Of a stretch of 64,000 bases of DNA, positions 48,756 through 59,956 are shown piece after piece. Under the pieces are notes generated by a model. It had not been told where the DNA came from. It was given only the letters and a program-made list of their open reading frames with translations, and did not search any database. Position numbers and translations under genes: made by a program. The stretch's first letter is position 1, and every line of letters begins with the position of its first letter. The stretch lies in NCBI GenBank assembly GCA_050123235.1, contig JASFHL010000005.1, positions 30,695 to 94,694 on the forward strand, read 5' to 3'. The stretch comes from Candidatus Woesebacteria bacterium (GTDB lineage Bacteria; Patescibacteriota; Microgenomatia; UBA1400; PJMF01).

Positions 48756-50159
48756 ATGAAAGCAAAAACAATGTATGAAAAAATCTGGGAAAAGCATATT
48801 GTTTGCCATGATCAAGACGCCGAGCCAGTGATCTATATAGATACTCACCTTGTTCATGAAGTAACTTCACCACAAGCTTTTGATGGACTGCGCCAAAGAG
48901 GTCTGAAGCTAAGAAGACCAGATAGGACTTTTATGACTATAGATCACGTGATTTCCACTAAAGACCCAAAACGTGATTTTTTTAGCAAGAAAACAAAAAA
49001 AATGATGAAAGTTGCAGCTAGTAACGCTCAAGAGTTTTCAGTGAAATTATTTGATACTGATTCTAAAAAACAGGGTGTGATTCATATTATTGCTCCAGAA
49101 TTAGGTCTTATTCAACCAGGTATGACTATTGCTTGTGGTGACAGCCATACTGCTACTCACGGTGCTTTTGGAGCAATTGCGTTTGGTATTGGCACCAGCG
49201 AAGTTGAATGTATTTTAGCCAGTCAATGTTTATTGCAGAAAAAAATGAAAACCATGGAGATCAGAGTTGATGGCAAGCTTGGCAAGGGAGTGACTGCCAA
49301 AGATCTCATTTTAGCTATCATTAATAAACTAGGAGTAGGAGGTGGTACTGCTTATGCAGTCGAATATACAGGCGAAGCTATCAGAGCTATGTCAATGGAT
49401 GAGAGATTAACCATTTGCAACATGTCTATTGAATTTGGGGCTAAAGTAGGCATGATTGCAGCAGATGAAATAACTTTTGCTTACCTCAAAGCTAAGGAAT
49501 ATGCCCCAAAGGGGGAAGATTTTGAAAAAGCAGTTAAAGACTGGAAAAAGTTGAGAACAGATAAAGCTGCCAAATATGACAGGGTAATAAAAATATCTGC
49601 TCAGCAACTAAAACCACGAGTAACTTACGGTATTAGCCCAGATATGAATCTTGCTATTGACGAAAAGCTTCCCACTAAGCAGAGTCTTAGTAATGAGACT
49701 GATCGAGAGATGTTAGAGCAAGCTCTTGATTACATGGACTTTAAAGAAGGTGAAGCAATCCAAGGTAAAGAAATTCAGCATGTTTTCATTGGTAGCTGCA
49801 CCAACGGCAGACTTACTGATTTAGAAGCAGCAGCCAAAGTTCTCAAAGGCAAAAAAGTGGCAAAAGGGGTTACTGCGGTGCTTGTGCCTGGTTCTATGCC
49901 AATTAAAGCAAAGGCAGAAGAAAAAGGTTTGGACAAGATTTTTAAAGATGCTGGCTTTGAATGGCGTCAGCCTGGTTGCAGTAGTTGTTTAGCCATGAAT
50001 GGAGATCTTATCCCGGCTGAAGAATATTGTGTAAGTACAACTAATCGTAATTTTAAAGGACGTCAGGGTAAAGGTGCTAGAACCATTCTAGCTAGTCCTA
50101 TGATGGCGGCAGCGGCTGCTATCACTGGCAAAATTACAGACGTAAAGGAGCTATTATGA
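48756..50159 (+). CDS. leuC: 3-isopropylmalate dehydratase large subunit
   Basis: HEVTSPQAF, CGDSHT, GSCTNGR, GCSSCLAMN, NRNFKGRQG. Confidence 0.97.
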   Translation: MKAKTMYEKIWEKHIVCHDQDAEPVIYIDTHLVHEVTSPQAFDGLRQRGLKLRRPDRTFMTIDHVISTKDPKRDFFSKKTKKMMKVAASNAQEFSVKLFDTDSKKQGVIHIIAPELGLIQPGMTIACGDSHTATHGAFGAIAFGIGTSEVECILASQCLLQKKMKTMEIRVDGKLGKGVTAKDLILAIINKLGVGGGTAYAVEYTGEAIRAMSMDERLTICNMSIEFGAKVGMIAADEITFAYLKAKEYAPKGEDFEKAVKDWKKLRTDKAAKYDRVIKISAQQLKPRVTYGISPDMNLAIDEKLPTKQSLSNETDREMLEQALDYMDFKEGEAIQGKEIQHVFIGSCTNGRLTDLEAAAKVLKGKKVAKGVTAVLVPGSMPIKAKAEEKGLDKIFKDAGFEWRQPGCSSCLAMNGDLIPAEEYCVSTTNRNFKGRQGKGARTILASPMMAAAAAITGKITDVKELL

Positions 50160-50743
50160 AAAAATTTACTATCATTAACTCTAGTTGCGTGCCAATCAAT
50201 TGGAAAAATATTGATACAGATCAAATTTTACCTGCCAGGTTTATGACAGGAGTTAAAAAAACTGGTTTTGCTAAGCTACTCTTCTATGATCATCGCTATG
50301 ACAAAGATGGTAAACCTAATAAAAGTTTTGTTTTAAATGATGATAGATATAAAGGACATAAAATTCTGGTAGCTGGTCATAATTTTGGCTGCGGCAGTTC
50401 CAGAGAGCATGCTCCCTGGGCAATTAGTCAATATGGCTTTAGAGTAGTGATTTCTTCAATGTTTTCTAGTATTTTTAAAAATAATGCCCTCAAAAATGCA
50501 CTGTTATTAGTTGAAGTTCCGGAGGCAGAGTTAGAGAGCATTTTTGCTGAGATTGAAAAAAATCCCAAGTTTAAAATCACAGTCAATTTACCAGACCAAA
50601 CCATTAGTTTTGCTAATAAGAAAATTAAATTTAAAATTAGTCCCTTTAGAAAACGATGTATTATCAATGGTTATGATGATGTCAACTATCTCTTTTCCAA
50701 GAAGAAAGAAATTAAGAAATATGAATTAGCAAATAAAAAATAG
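50156..50743 (+). CDS. leuD: 3-isopropylmalate dehydratase small subunit
   Basis: NIDTDQILP, NFGCGSSREHA. Confidence 0.97.
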   Translation: MKKFTIINSSCVPINWKNIDTDQILPARFMTGVKKTGFAKLLFYDHRYDKDGKPNKSFVLNDDRYKGHKILVAGHNFGCGSSREHAPWAISQYGFRVVISSMFSSIFKNNALKNALLLVEVPEAELESIFAEIEKNPKFKITVNLPDQTISFANKKIKFKISPFRKRCIINGYDDVNYLFSKKKEIKKYELANKK

Positions 50744-50756
50744 AAAGGCTTAAAAC

Positions 50757-51827
50757 ATGAAAAAATCTATTCTAGTGCTTGGTGGCGATGGGATTGGTCC
50801 TGATGTTACTAAGCAAGCTGTCAAAGTTTTGAGAAAAGTAGCCAAAAAATTCAAACATCAATTTGAGTTTAAAAAGGCATTAATAGGAGCCGTGGCTATA
50901 GATAAGACAGGCAATCCTTTACCTGAAAAAACTATTAGTTTAGCTAAAAAGTCTGATGCTATTTTGTTTGGGGCAATTGGTTCACCTAAATATGATAATA
51001 ATCCCAATGCCAAAGTTAGACCTGAGCAGGGTTTACTCGGTATTAGAAAAGCGCTAGGCCTTTTTGCCAATCTAAGACCTATCAAATTGTTTGATGAGCT
51101 GCTGGATACTTCACCACTTAAGGCTGAAGTAATCAAAGGTTCTGATATTTTGATTTTCAGAGAATTGATTGCTGGTATCTATTTTGGAGCTCGTGGTAGA
51201 ACTGAGGATCTAAACGAAGCTTTTGACACCATGATTTATTCCAAAGAATCTGTGCGCAGAATAGGGAAATTAGCTTTTGAAACAGCCAGAACTAGAAAAA
51301 AGAAAGTCTGTAGTGTAGATAAAGCTAATGTGCTTGCTAGCTCTAGGCTTTGGAGAGAGGCGATTGTAGAGTTGGCAAAAGAATATCCAGATGTGGAATT
51401 GAGTCACCTCTTTGTAGATAACGCTGCCATGCAATTGATCAAAAGACCAAGTGAATTTGATGTGATTGTGACAGGCAATATGTTTGGCGATATTCTTTCT
51501 GACGAAGCTTCACAGATTGCTGGTAGTTTAGGGATGTTGGCTTCAGCCAGTATGGGTGAAAAATATGGCCTTTATGAACCAATTCACGGAAGTGCTCCCA
51601 AGTATGCTGGTAAAAATGTGGCTAATCCCTTGGCCACTATTTTATCAGCCCAAATGATGTTAAGTTTGGCTTTTAAAATGAAAAAAGAAGCTAAAGCGGT
51701 AGAGAAAGCAATTGGTAAGGTTTTGGCAGCTGGCTATCGTTGCAAAGACATTGCTGATGCTAAAACTGAAAGAAATAAAATAGTGGGGACGGAAGAGATG
51801 GGTGATTTAGTGGCTGCAGCGATTTAG
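50757..51827 (+). CDS. leuB: 3-isopropylmalate dehydrogenase
   Basis: [39 protein letters not shown]. Confidence 0.97.
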   Translation: MKKSILVLGGDGIGPDVTKQAVKVLRKVAKKFKHQFEFKKALIGAVAIDKTGNPLPEKTISLAKKSDAILFGAIGSPKYDNNPNAKVRPEQGLLGIRKALGLFANLRPIKLFDELLDTSPLKAEVIKGSDILIFRELIAGIYFGARGRTEDLNEAFDTMIYSKESVRRIGKLAFETARTRKKKVCSVDKANVLASSRLWREAIVELAKEYPDVELSHLFVDNAAMQLIKRPSEFDVIVTGNMFGDILSDEASQIAGSLGMLASASMGEKYGLYEPIHGSAPKYAGKNVANPLATILSAQMMLSLAFKMKKEAKAVEKAIGKVLAAGYRCKDIADAKTERNKIVGTEEMGDLVAAAI

Positions 51828-51947
51828 GAGAAAAAGCCAGTGATGCTAAAAAATATAAGCTTATAAGTTTTCTGTTATACATATTATTAGTAATTCATCA
51901 TCTTGATATATTTTTAAACCATTGTTATCTTGGTATATAGATTATTC

Positions 51948-53381
51948 ATGAAAGCTACTCAAAATGTGTTAGATATAATTTTTGTTAATCCTTTCCCAGA
52001 AAATGCTTATGGTATTAATAGTGAAACAGTAGAACCTCCCTTAGGTTTGGGTTACTTGGCCGCAGTTGCTGAAGAGAGAGATTTTTCTTGTGAGATAATT
52101 GACGCTAATATTTTGGAACTCAAGATTGCTCAAGTTCTCCGAATTATCAAGCAAAAAAAACCAAAAATTGTTGGTATTAATGTCAATCTTTATTCTTATA
52201 AAGTTGCCTTAAAATTGGCAGACAAAATAAAAAAAGCTCTTCCAAAAACAACTGTAATTTTAGGTGGTCCTACACCAACCAGTGCTCCTAGGCAAGTAAT
52301 GAAAGCTTGCAAAACTGATGCTGTCTGTATTGGGGAAGGAGAAAATACTTTAACAGAAATTTTAGATAACTATAAACAAGGCAAACATCTTTTTAGAAGT
52401 GTGGCAGGGATGATGTATCGGAGTAGCAGTGGTAAAAGGATTATGAACAACAAGCCTCGAGCGTTTATACGAAATATTGATACTATTCCCTTTCCTGCCT
52501 ATCATCTTTTTCCAGATCTTAATAAATATAAATCTAGGGCTGTTAAAAAGCCATTCGCTCCTCTTTTGACCAGCCGCGGCTGTCCTTTTCAATGTGTGTT
52601 TTGCAGCAAAGATGTATTTAAGTACGCCTGTCGCATGAGGTCCCCAGAAAACGTAATAGATGAAATTGATATGCTAGTCAAGAAATTTGGAGTAAAACAG
52701 CTAGATATCTTAGATGACAACTTTACAATCAACAAAAAAAGGACAGAGCGTATTCTTGATTTGATAATAAAACGAAAATACGATCTACATATTAATTTAC
52801 AGTCTGGAGTAAGAACAGAAGGCATCGACACCAAAATAATCAGAAAAATGAAAAAGGCAAAGATTTTTAAAATCCCCTTTGGCGTAGAATCAGGCGATCC
52901 TCTGATTCTTAAAAGAATCAAAAAACAACTCAATTTAAAAAAAGTTTTGGCTTGCACTAAAATGGCAAAAAAAGCTGGGATGAAGGTTTATGGCTTTTTT
53001 ATGATTGGTTTACCAGGTGATACTGCTGAAAGTATGCAAAAAACCATAGACTTTGCTATAAAAATGAACCCTAATATTGCAAATTTCAGTATCACCATCC
53101 CTTTTCCCGGAACAGAGCTTTATCAGACGGTAAAAAAAGAAGGTAAGTTTCTTGTTGATATGGATAATGGAATCGATGCTGGCTTTTATGCCAATAAGGT
53201 TTTTTATGAGTTAGAAGGTATGGATAAAGATGTGGTGCTTAGTTACTACCAGAAGGCAATGAAAAGCTTTTATTTCAGACCGAAAAAAATATTTGAACTC
53301 ATCATGAGTATGAATTCATGGAGTGAATTTCAGTGGTTTGCCAAAACTTCTTTTTCAGTTTTTAAAAAATTGTTTAGTTGA
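51948..53381 (+). CDS. B12-binding radical SAM protein
   Basis: PPLGLGYLAA, GGPTP, IGEGE, SRGCPFQCVFC, DDNF, GVESG; ATG 51948 preferred. Confidence 0.92.
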   Translation: MKATQNVLDIIFVNPFPENAYGINSETVEPPLGLGYLAAVAEERDFSCEIIDANILELKIAQVLRIIKQKKPKIVGINVNLYSYKVALKLADKIKKALPKTTVILGGPTPTSAPRQVMKACKTDAVCIGEGENTLTEILDNYKQGKHLFRSVAGMMYRSSSGKRIMNNKPRAFIRNIDTIPFPAYHLFPDLNKYKSRAVKKPFAPLLTSRGCPFQCVFCSKDVFKYACRMRSPENVIDEIDMLVKKFGVKQLDILDDNFTINKKRTERILDLIIKRKYDLHINLQSGVRTEGIDTKIIRKMKKAKIFKIPFGVESGDPLILKRIKKQLNLKKVLACTKMAKKAGMKVYGFFMIGLPGDTAESMQKTIDFAIKMNPNIANFSITIPFPGTELYQTVKKEGKFLVDMDNGIDAGFYANKVFYELEGMDKDVVLSYYQKAMKSFYFRPKKIFELIMSMNSWSEFQWFAKTSFSVFKKLFS

Positions 53382-53453
53382 TTTTTTTTAGTTGTAATAA
53401 AGAGCCGTAAGAGAAAATTTGTCTAAATAAGGAGAGTTCTGCTGCCTTTGTAT

Positions 53454-53483
53454 TTGACAAAAGTAAAAGGTTATAGATATAAT
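53454..53483 (+). promoter_or_regulatory. ilv operon promoter
   Basis: Consensus TTGACA-N18-TATAAT. Confidence 0.75.
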
Positions 53484-53505
53484 CATCGACGTATTGGATA
53501 CATAA

Positions 53506-53574
53506 ATGTTAAAAATAAATTCACAAAATCAGTTTAATAACGTTCTTGTTATTATTCTTAGCCTCTCAACGTAG
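53506..53574 (+). CDS. ilvL: ilv leader peptide MLKINSQNQFNNVLVIILSLST*
   Basis: Val-Leu-Val-Ile-Ile-Leu codon run upstream of antiterminator/terminator. Confidence 0.85.
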   Translation: MLKINSQNQFNNVLVIILSLST

Positions 53575-53626
53575 GGGGATTTTGTCTTGGATTAAAAAAT
53601 CAAAGCTCCCCCAAGGGGGGCTTTTT
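53574..53626 (+). terminator. ilv attenuator antiterminator/terminator
   Basis: Terminator AAAGCTCCCC-CAA-GGGGGGCTTT+T; GGGGGATTTTG (53574-53584) can pair with its 5' arm. Confidence 0.85.
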
Positions 53627-53713
53627 TAGTTTTCTTAGCTGATTATTGTTTATCGGCCAAATAAAGCTAAATAAAATAGTGAACTAGCAATAGAGTTAGA
53701 AAGAAAAACAACT

Positions 53714-55438
53714 ATGAAAAAAGAAAGAAAAAAAGCAGCACAAACTGGCAAACATATTCTATGTCAAGCTTTAAAGAAAATAAAAGCAGGCGCTATCTTT
53801 GGCTACACAGGCGGAGCAATCATGCCGCTCTATGATGAATTGGAAAAATTTCCTGAATTAAAGCACGTCATGACTAGACACGAACAAGGTGCAGCTTTTG
53901 CTGCTCAAGGTTATGCTAGGGCTACTGGTGAATTAGCCTTTGTTTTTACTACTTCAGGCCCAGGAGCTACTAATACTATTACCGGTGTAGCTGATGCGAT
54001 GATGGATAGTGTGCCTATTATGGTCATTACTGGACAGGTTGCAACTAGCGTGGTTGGCACTGATGCTTTTCAAGAAAGCGATGTGGTGGGCCTGATGTTA
54101 CCGATTACCAAACATAGCACAGTGGTCACTGATACTGATGATCTGGCTGAGACATTTTTTAAATTAACAAGTATCGCTTTAGAAGGTAGGCCAGGCCCAG
54201 TTCATTTAGATTTACCCAAAGATATTCAGCTTGGTTTTTCTAGTAACACAGATTATCAGCTTAAGCCTTATGATTTCTATTACCCTGCAGCTTCAGTTCC
54301 TAAGAAAAAATATCAACAAGCGGCCGAAATAATCAATCAAGCAAAAAAGCCCGTAGTTTTCTGCGGACATGGAGTTGTGATTTCTAAATCTCATCAAGAA
54401 TTTTTACGCTTCATAGAAAAAGGTAAATTAACTTTTGCTTCTACTAGTCACGGTCTTTCAGCTGTGCCTAGTGATCACCCTTTGCATTTGGGCATGATGG
54501 GCATGCATGGCACAGTAGCAGCCAATAAGGCAATTGAGGAGGCTGATTGTATTGTTGCTTTAGGTATGCGTTTTGATGATAGAGTGACAGGTAAATTGTC
54601 AGAATATGCTCCTGCTGCTAAAATCATTCACATTGACATTGACCAATCAGAAATTGATAAAAACGTAAGCACAGATTTGGCCATTAATTCTGACCTCAAA
54701 CCAGCTTTGCAAGCGATCACCCCAATGATTAAAAAAGTTGCACGCAAAGATTGGTTGAGCAAAATTCAAAAAAATAAAGCTAAATGGGAAAAGTACATCC
54801 AACCTTTGATCAAAAAAGGTATTGGTGATAATGGTGGTCTATTAATGAAGACTATTGTCACTAAATTATCTACTTTGACTAAAGGTAAGGATAACATCGT
54901 ATCTGACGTGGGTATTCATGAGATGATGCTAGCGCGTTTTTATAATTTCCAACGTTTTAATACTTGGTTCCATTCTGGTGGAGCTGGCACCATGGGTTTT
55001 TCTTTACCTACAGCCATTGGAGTCAAAGTAGCTAGACCAAAGGAAAGAGTTTGGGCAGTGATGGGTGATGGTGGTTTTCAGATGAATGTGCAAGAACTAG
55101 GTACTATTCTGGCAGAGCAGCTTGATATCAAAATTGTAATTCTTAACAATAGTACCCTAGGTATGGTGAGGCAATGGCAGACTCTATTTTTTAATAAGGC
55201 TTATGCTCAGACTGATATGATTAATCCTGATTTTATTAAGTTGGCAGATAGTTATAACATTCCTGGAAAAAGAGTCAGTCAAACTAAAGAGATTGGGCCA
55301 GCTATCAAATGGGCGATGAAAACCAAAGGCCCAGTGATTTTAGAATTTGTCTGTGATAAAGATGAAAAAATTTTCCCAATGGTCCCATCAGGAGCTAATT
55401 TTAGAGAAATGATTGAAACCCATCATGATGCTAATTAG
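53714..55438 (+). CDS. ilvB: Acetolactate synthase large subunit
   Basis: RHEQGA, TSGPGATN, RFDDRVTG, GDGGFQM..LNN. Confidence 0.96.
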   Translation: MKKERKKAAQTGKHILCQALKKIKAGAIFGYTGGAIMPLYDELEKFPELKHVMTRHEQGAAFAAQGYARATGELAFVFTTSGPGATNTITGVADAMMDSVPIMVITGQVATSVVGTDAFQESDVVGLMLPITKHSTVVTDTDDLAETFFKLTSIALEGRPGPVHLDLPKDIQLGFSSNTDYQLKPYDFYYPAASVPKKKYQQAAEIINQAKKPVVFCGHGVVISKSHQEFLRFIEKGKLTFASTSHGLSAVPSDHPLHLGMMGMHGTVAANKAIEEADCIVALGMRFDDRVTGKLSEYAPAAKIIHIDIDQSEIDKNVSTDLAINSDLKPALQAITPMIKKVARKDWLSKIQKNKAKWEKYIQPLIKKGIGDNGGLLMKTIVTKLSTLTKGKDNIVSDVGIHEMMLARFYNFQRFNTWFHSGGAGTMGFSLPTAIGVKVARPKERVWAVMGDGGFQMNVQELGTILAEQLDIKIVILNNSTLGMVRQWQTLFFNKAYAQTDMINPDFIKLADSYNIPGKRVSQTKEIGPAIKWAMKTKGPVILEFVCDKDEKIFPMVPSGANFREMIETHHDAN

Positions 55439-55505
55439 TTAGAGTTTGCTAATGAATTTTAAAACAGTTAGAAAATTTATTAATAAAAATTAACTTAATA
55501 GAACT

Positions 55506-56012
55506 ATGAAAATGAAAAAAGTCAAAAATTATACCTTAATCGTTTTTGCAGAAAACAAACCTGGTGTCCTGAATAAAGTTACTATGTTGATCAGAAGAAA
55601 AATGTACAACGTAGAGACAATTACTGCCTACAAAACAGAAACGCCAGGAATCTCAAGGATTACCATTAATGTTAATGATCAAGAAAGTTCTAAGGTTGAA
55701 CAGATAGTAAGACAATTGAAAAAGATCGTGGAAGTCACTGAAGTAATCAATGTCACTAATCAAAAACCAGTAGTTAGAGAATTGGTCTTGATCAAAGTTA
55801 AAACCAACAATGGTAGTAGAGCTCAAGTTTCTCAATTGGCAAATATTTTTAGAGGCAATATAGTTGATGTTTCGCAAGATTCAATGGTGGTGGAAATCAC
55901 AGGTAATCCTCAGAAAGTTGAGTCAGCCATTTGTGTTTTTGATGATTATGAAATTTTAGAAATAGCAGGTACAGGCATCACTGCCATGGAAAGGAGCAAC
56001 GGTGAAGAGTAA
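55506..56012 (+). CDS. ilvN: Acetolactate synthase small (ACT) subunit
   Basis: [20 protein letters not shown]. Confidence 0.94.
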   Translation: MKMKKVKNYTLIVFAENKPGVLNKVTMLIRRKMYNVETITAYKTETPGISRITINVNDQESSKVEQIVRQLKKIVEVTEVINVTNQKPVVRELVLIKVKTNNGSRAQVSQLANIFRGNIVDVSQDSMVVEITGNPQKVESAICVFDDYEILEIAGTGITAMERSNGEE

Positions 56013-57672
56013 TTTGGTCAAAACAGGGGTTAACTGCGCTCCCCATCGCAGCCTATTTCGTGCCACAGGCGTAGTAAAAGATAAACGTGATTTTAAAAAA
56101 CCCTTTATTGCTGTGGCTAATTCCTTTGTAGAAATTATCCCTGGCCATGTTCATCTACAGGAATTGGGAAAATTAGCTAAGGCTGCTATTAGAAAAGCAG
56201 GAGGCATTCCTTTTGAATTTAATACTATTGGTATTTGTGATGGTATCGCTATGGGTCACAGTGGGATGAAGTATTCATTGCCTTCTCGGGAGCTAATTGC
56301 AGACAGTGTTGAATCAATGCTTAGGGCTCATTGTTTTGATGGGGTGCTGCTTTTAGGAAACTGTGACAAAATTGTGCCAGGCATGTTGATGGCTGCGATG
56401 AGAGTTAACATCCCAGCCATTTATGTTTCTGGCGGGCCAATGAAAGCTGGTTGCGTTAATGGGCGAGCTACTGACTTAATTACTGTTTTTGAGGCAGTGG
56501 GTGAATATGCCAAAGGGAGTATTTCAGAAAAAAAATTAACAGAATATGAAAAAAAATGTTGCCCTGGTTGTGGTTCTTGTGCAGGCATGTTTACTGCTAA
56601 TTCTATGAATTGTATTGCCGAAGCTTTAGGCATAGCATTGCCAGGAAATGGCACTAGGCTAGCTGAATCTAAAGCCAGAAAGGATTTAGTAGCTCAAGCT
56701 GCTGAACGGATTGTTTCCTTGGTTAAGAAAGATTTGAAACCTAGAGATATTGTCACTAAGCAATCAATTGATAATGCCTTTGCTTTGGATATGGCCATGG
56801 GTGGTTCTACGAACACTGTGCTTCATACTTTAGCCATCGCTCACGAAGCTGGAGTGAAATATGATTTAGACAATATTAATAAAATTTCTGCCAAAGTGCC
56901 ATGTGTTTGTAAGGTTTCTCCTTCAAGACCTGATGTGCACATGGAAGATCTTGACAGAGCTGGGGGTATATCCGCTATTTTAAAAACTATTAGTCAGAAA
57001 AAAGGAACTTTATCTTTGAAAGCAAAGACAGTCTCTGGCAAAACTTTAGGCGAAAATATCAAGACTGCCAAGGTTTTAGATGATGATGTGATTAAAAATC
57101 TTGATCAAGCTTTTTCTAATGAAGGTGGTTTGAGCATTCTCTTTGGTAATTTAGCTCCTCAGGGATCGATTGTTAAAAGTGCCGGAGTCAGTGAGCAGAT
57201 GAAGCATTTTACTGGTAAAGCTAGAGTTTTTGAGTCACAAGAAGAAGCCATGGAGGGCATTATGTCGGGTAAAGTTAAGGTAGGTGAGGTAGTGGTGATC
57301 CGTTATGAAGGTCCCAAAGGTGGCCCTGGTATGCAAGAAATGCTCTCTCCTACTGCTGCAATTGTAGGGCGAGGTTTGGGAGAAAAGGTAGCTTTGATCA
57401 CTGATGGCCGTTTTTCTGGTGGCACTCGAGGAGCTTGCGTGGGGCATGTTTCCCCAGAAGCAGCGGAGAAAGGAGCAATTGCCGCAATCAAAAATGGAGA
57501 TGAAATTGAGATAGATATAGAAAAAGGAGTTTTAGAACTAAAAGTATCTGCGGCAGAAATCAAAAAGCGTCTCAAAGCTTTACCCAAGTTCAAAGCTAGG
57601 ATCAATTATGGTTGGCTTAAAAGATACTCACAGCAGGTCAGTAATGCTAGTGAAGGCGCGGTTTTGAAATAA
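56002..57672 (+). CDS. ilvD: Dihydroxy-acid dehydratase
   Basis: [41 protein letters not shown]. Confidence 0.97.
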   Translation: MKSNLVKTGVNCAPHRSLFRATGVVKDKRDFKKPFIAVANSFVEIIPGHVHLQELGKLAKAAIRKAGGIPFEFNTIGICDGIAMGHSGMKYSLPSRELIADSVESMLRAHCFDGVLLLGNCDKIVPGMLMAAMRVNIPAIYVSGGPMKAGCVNGRATDLITVFEAVGEYAKGSISEKKLTEYEKKCCPGCGSCAGMFTANSMNCIAEALGIALPGNGTRLAESKARKDLVAQAAERIVSLVKKDLKPRDIVTKQSIDNAFALDMAMGGSTNTVLHTLAIAHEAGVKYDLDNINKISAKVPCVCKVSPSRPDVHMEDLDRAGGISAILKTISQKKGTLSLKAKTVSGKTLGENIKTAKVLDDDVIKNLDQAFSNEGGLSILFGNLAPQGSIVKSAGVSEQMKHFTGKARVFESQEEAMEGIMSGKVKVGEVVVIRYEGPKGGPGMQEMLSPTAAIVGRGLGEKVALITDGRFSGGTRGACVGHVSPEAAEKGAIAAIKNGDEIEIDIEKGVLELKVSAAEIKKRLKALPKFKARINYGWLKRYSQQVSNASEGAVLK

Positions 57673-57695
57673 GAAACTAATTTAGGAAAATAATT

Positions 57696-58877
57696 ATGCG
57701 ATACCAACAACTATTTGCTAGCAGAACTAAGATAATGGGCGCTAGCGCCATCAGGGAAATCCTTAAAGTTGTTTCTCAGCCTGGTATGGTTTCATTGGCA
57801 GGAGGTATTCCTGCCCCAGAAGCCTTTCCTATGAAAATTCTGGATAAACTTTGTTCTAAGGTAATTAAAAAGTATGGTAGCCAGGCTTTTCAATATAGTG
57901 CCACTGAAGGTTTCATGCCTTTGCGTGAAGCTTTAGTCAAGTATTTAAAAAAAGAAAATATTAATACCACTTGTGAGGAAGTACTAATTTCTAGTGGCTC
58001 GCAAGGAATGCTTGACGGCTTAGGTAAAATTTTAATTTCTGAAGGTGATAAAGTAGCAGTTGAGGCACCCACCTATCTGGGAGCCTTACAAGCTTTTAAT
58101 CCATACCAACCACAATATGTCAGTATTGAAACAGATGAGCAAGGTTTCATCCCTAGCTCCTTAGAAAAAGTTTTAAAAAAGCAGAAAATTAAATTTATTT
58201 ATTTGGTACCAACTTTTCAAAACCCTACAGGTAGGACCATTCCTTTAGATAGACGAAAAGCAATTGCCAAGTTAATCATCAAGTATAAAACTTTGTTAGT
58301 AGAAGATGATCCTTATGCTGCCCTTCGTTACCGAGGCAAAAAAGTAGCTAGTATTAAATCATTGGCTCCGGATAATGTAGTTTATTTGGGGACTTTGTCT
58401 AAAGTTTTTGCTCCTGGGTTAAGAATTGGCTTTTCAGTCGCTCCCAAGCAAATCAGCCACTGGCTGACATTAGCTAAGCAAGGAGTAGATTTACATAGCA
58501 GCACTTTTAATCAAGCTCTAGCTGCTGAATATCTAAGTGCTGGCCATTTACAAAAGCAGATTCCAAAGATTCTCAAAGTTTATGAGCCTAGACAAAAAGC
58601 CATGTTAAGAGCTTTAGAAAAATATTTCCCCAAAACCTTCAAGTGGTCAAAGCCAGAAGGAGGGATGTTTATTTGGGTGGCAGGCCCAAAAGGCATGGAT
58701 ATGGAAAAAATTTATTGGCAGGCAGTTAAGAAAAAAGTGGCTTTTGTCCCAGGAAAATTTTTCTATACTGAACCCAAGCAAGGTCTAGAAACAATGCGTC
58801 TCAATTATTCAATGTCTGATGAAAAGACCATTGATCAGGCAATTAAAACTTTGTCGGAAGTAATCAAAAAAAATTAA
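57696..58877 (+). CDS. Class I/II PLP aminotransferase (LysN/ARO8-like), probable BCAA transaminase
   Basis: SLAGGIP, PTFQNPTG, EDDPY, GTLSKVFAPGLRIG; inside the ilv operon. Confidence 0.88.
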   Translation: MRYQQLFASRTKIMGASAIREILKVVSQPGMVSLAGGIPAPEAFPMKILDKLCSKVIKKYGSQAFQYSATEGFMPLREALVKYLKKENINTTCEEVLISSGSQGMLDGLGKILISEGDKVAVEAPTYLGALQAFNPYQPQYVSIETDEQGFIPSSLEKVLKKQKIKFIYLVPTFQNPTGRTIPLDRRKAIAKLIIKYKTLLVEDDPYAALRYRGKKVASIKSLAPDNVVYLGTLSKVFAPGLRIGFSVAPKQISHWLTLAKQGVDLHSSTFNQALAAEYLSAGHLQKQIPKILKVYEPRQKAMLRALEKYFPKTFKWSKPEGGMFIWVAGPKGMDMEKIYWQAVKKKVAFVPGKFFYTEPKQGLETMRLNYSMSDEKTIDQAIKTLSEVIKKN

Positions 58878-58900
58878 TTATTAGTTTAAAAGGAAAAATT

Positions 58901-59953
58901 ATGGCAAAAATGAAATTTGCAAACACTCAGGAAAATGTAGTTACTAGAAAAGAATTCCCTCTTTCTAAGGCTCAAGAGGTCTTGAAAGACGAAACTGTGG
59001 CAGTGTTAGGTTATGGAGTACAAGGACCAGCCCAAGCTTTAAATATGAAAGACAACGGCATTAAGGTAATTGTTGGTCAAAGAAAAAATTCAGCTTCTTG
59101 GGATAAGGCAGTGGCTGATGGTTGGCAGGAAGGTAAGAATCTGTTTAGTCTTGAAGAAGCTGCCAAGAGAGGCAGCATTGTTCAATATCTACTCTCTGAC
59201 GCAGCTCAAGTTCAGCTGTGGCCAAAAATTAAAAAGCATTTGAGCAAAGGCAAAGCTTTGTATTTTTCTCATGGTTTTGCTTATGTTTATAAAAACCAAA
59301 CCAAAATAGTACCGCCCAAAAATGTTGATGTGATTTTAGTTGCTCCCAAAGGAGCTGGTCGCAGTGTGCGGGAGAATTTTCTCAAAGGATCTGGTATCAA
59401 TGCTAGTTATGCTGTGGCACAAGATTATACAGGCAAAGCAGAGGAACGAACTTTAGCACTAGGAATTGCCATTGGGGCAGGTTACCTTTTTGAAACTAGT
59501 TTCAAAAATGAAGTTTATAGTGACTTAACTGGTGAGAGAGGAGTTTTACTGGGAGCGATTGCTGGTTTAATGGAAGCACAATTTAAAGTATTGCGTAAAC
59601 ATGGACATAGTCCTTCTGAAGCTTTTAACGAAACTGTGGAGGAGTTTACCCAGAGCTTGATTCCTTTGACTGCTCAAAATGGTGCAGATTGGATGATTGC
59701 CAATTGTAGCAGCACCGCTCAAAGAGGGGCTTTAGATTGGATGGACAAATTTAGAGATAATAACATGGCTCTTTTTGAAAAATTATATAAATCTGTGGAA
59801 TCTGGCAAAGAGACTAAGAGAACTTTAGATAAAAACAGCGACCCAAATTATAGAAAGAATTTAGACAAAGAACTTAAACAACTACGTAATCGAGAAATTT
59901 GGCAAACTGGTAAGACAGTTAGAAAGCTTAGACCAGAAAATTGGAAGGAATAA
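58901..59953 (+). CDS. ilvC: Ketol-acid reductoisomerase
   Basis: GYGVQG, FSHGF, VAPKG, SDLTGERGVL, CSSTAQRG. Confidence 0.96.
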   Translation: MAKMKFANTQENVVTRKEFPLSKAQEVLKDETVAVLGYGVQGPAQALNMKDNGIKVIVGQRKNSASWDKAVADGWQEGKNLFSLEEAAKRGSIVQYLLSDAAQVQLWPKIKKHLSKGKALYFSHGFAYVYKNQTKIVPPKNVDVILVAPKGAGRSVRENFLKGSGINASYAVAQDYTGKAEERTLALGIAIGAGYLFETSFKNEVYSDLTGERGVLLGAIAGLMEAQFKVLRKHGHSPSEAFNETVEEFTQSLIPLTAQNGADWMIANCSSTAQRGALDWMDKFRDNNMALFEKLYKSVESGKETKRTLDKNSDPNYRKNLDKELKQLRNREIWQTGKTVRKLRPENWKE

Positions 59954-59956
59954 AAC

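Noticed and set aside
47340-53713. T-box riboswitches upstream of leu and ilv
   Set aside because: No T-box consensus seen; leader peptides with cognate codons explain the structures.
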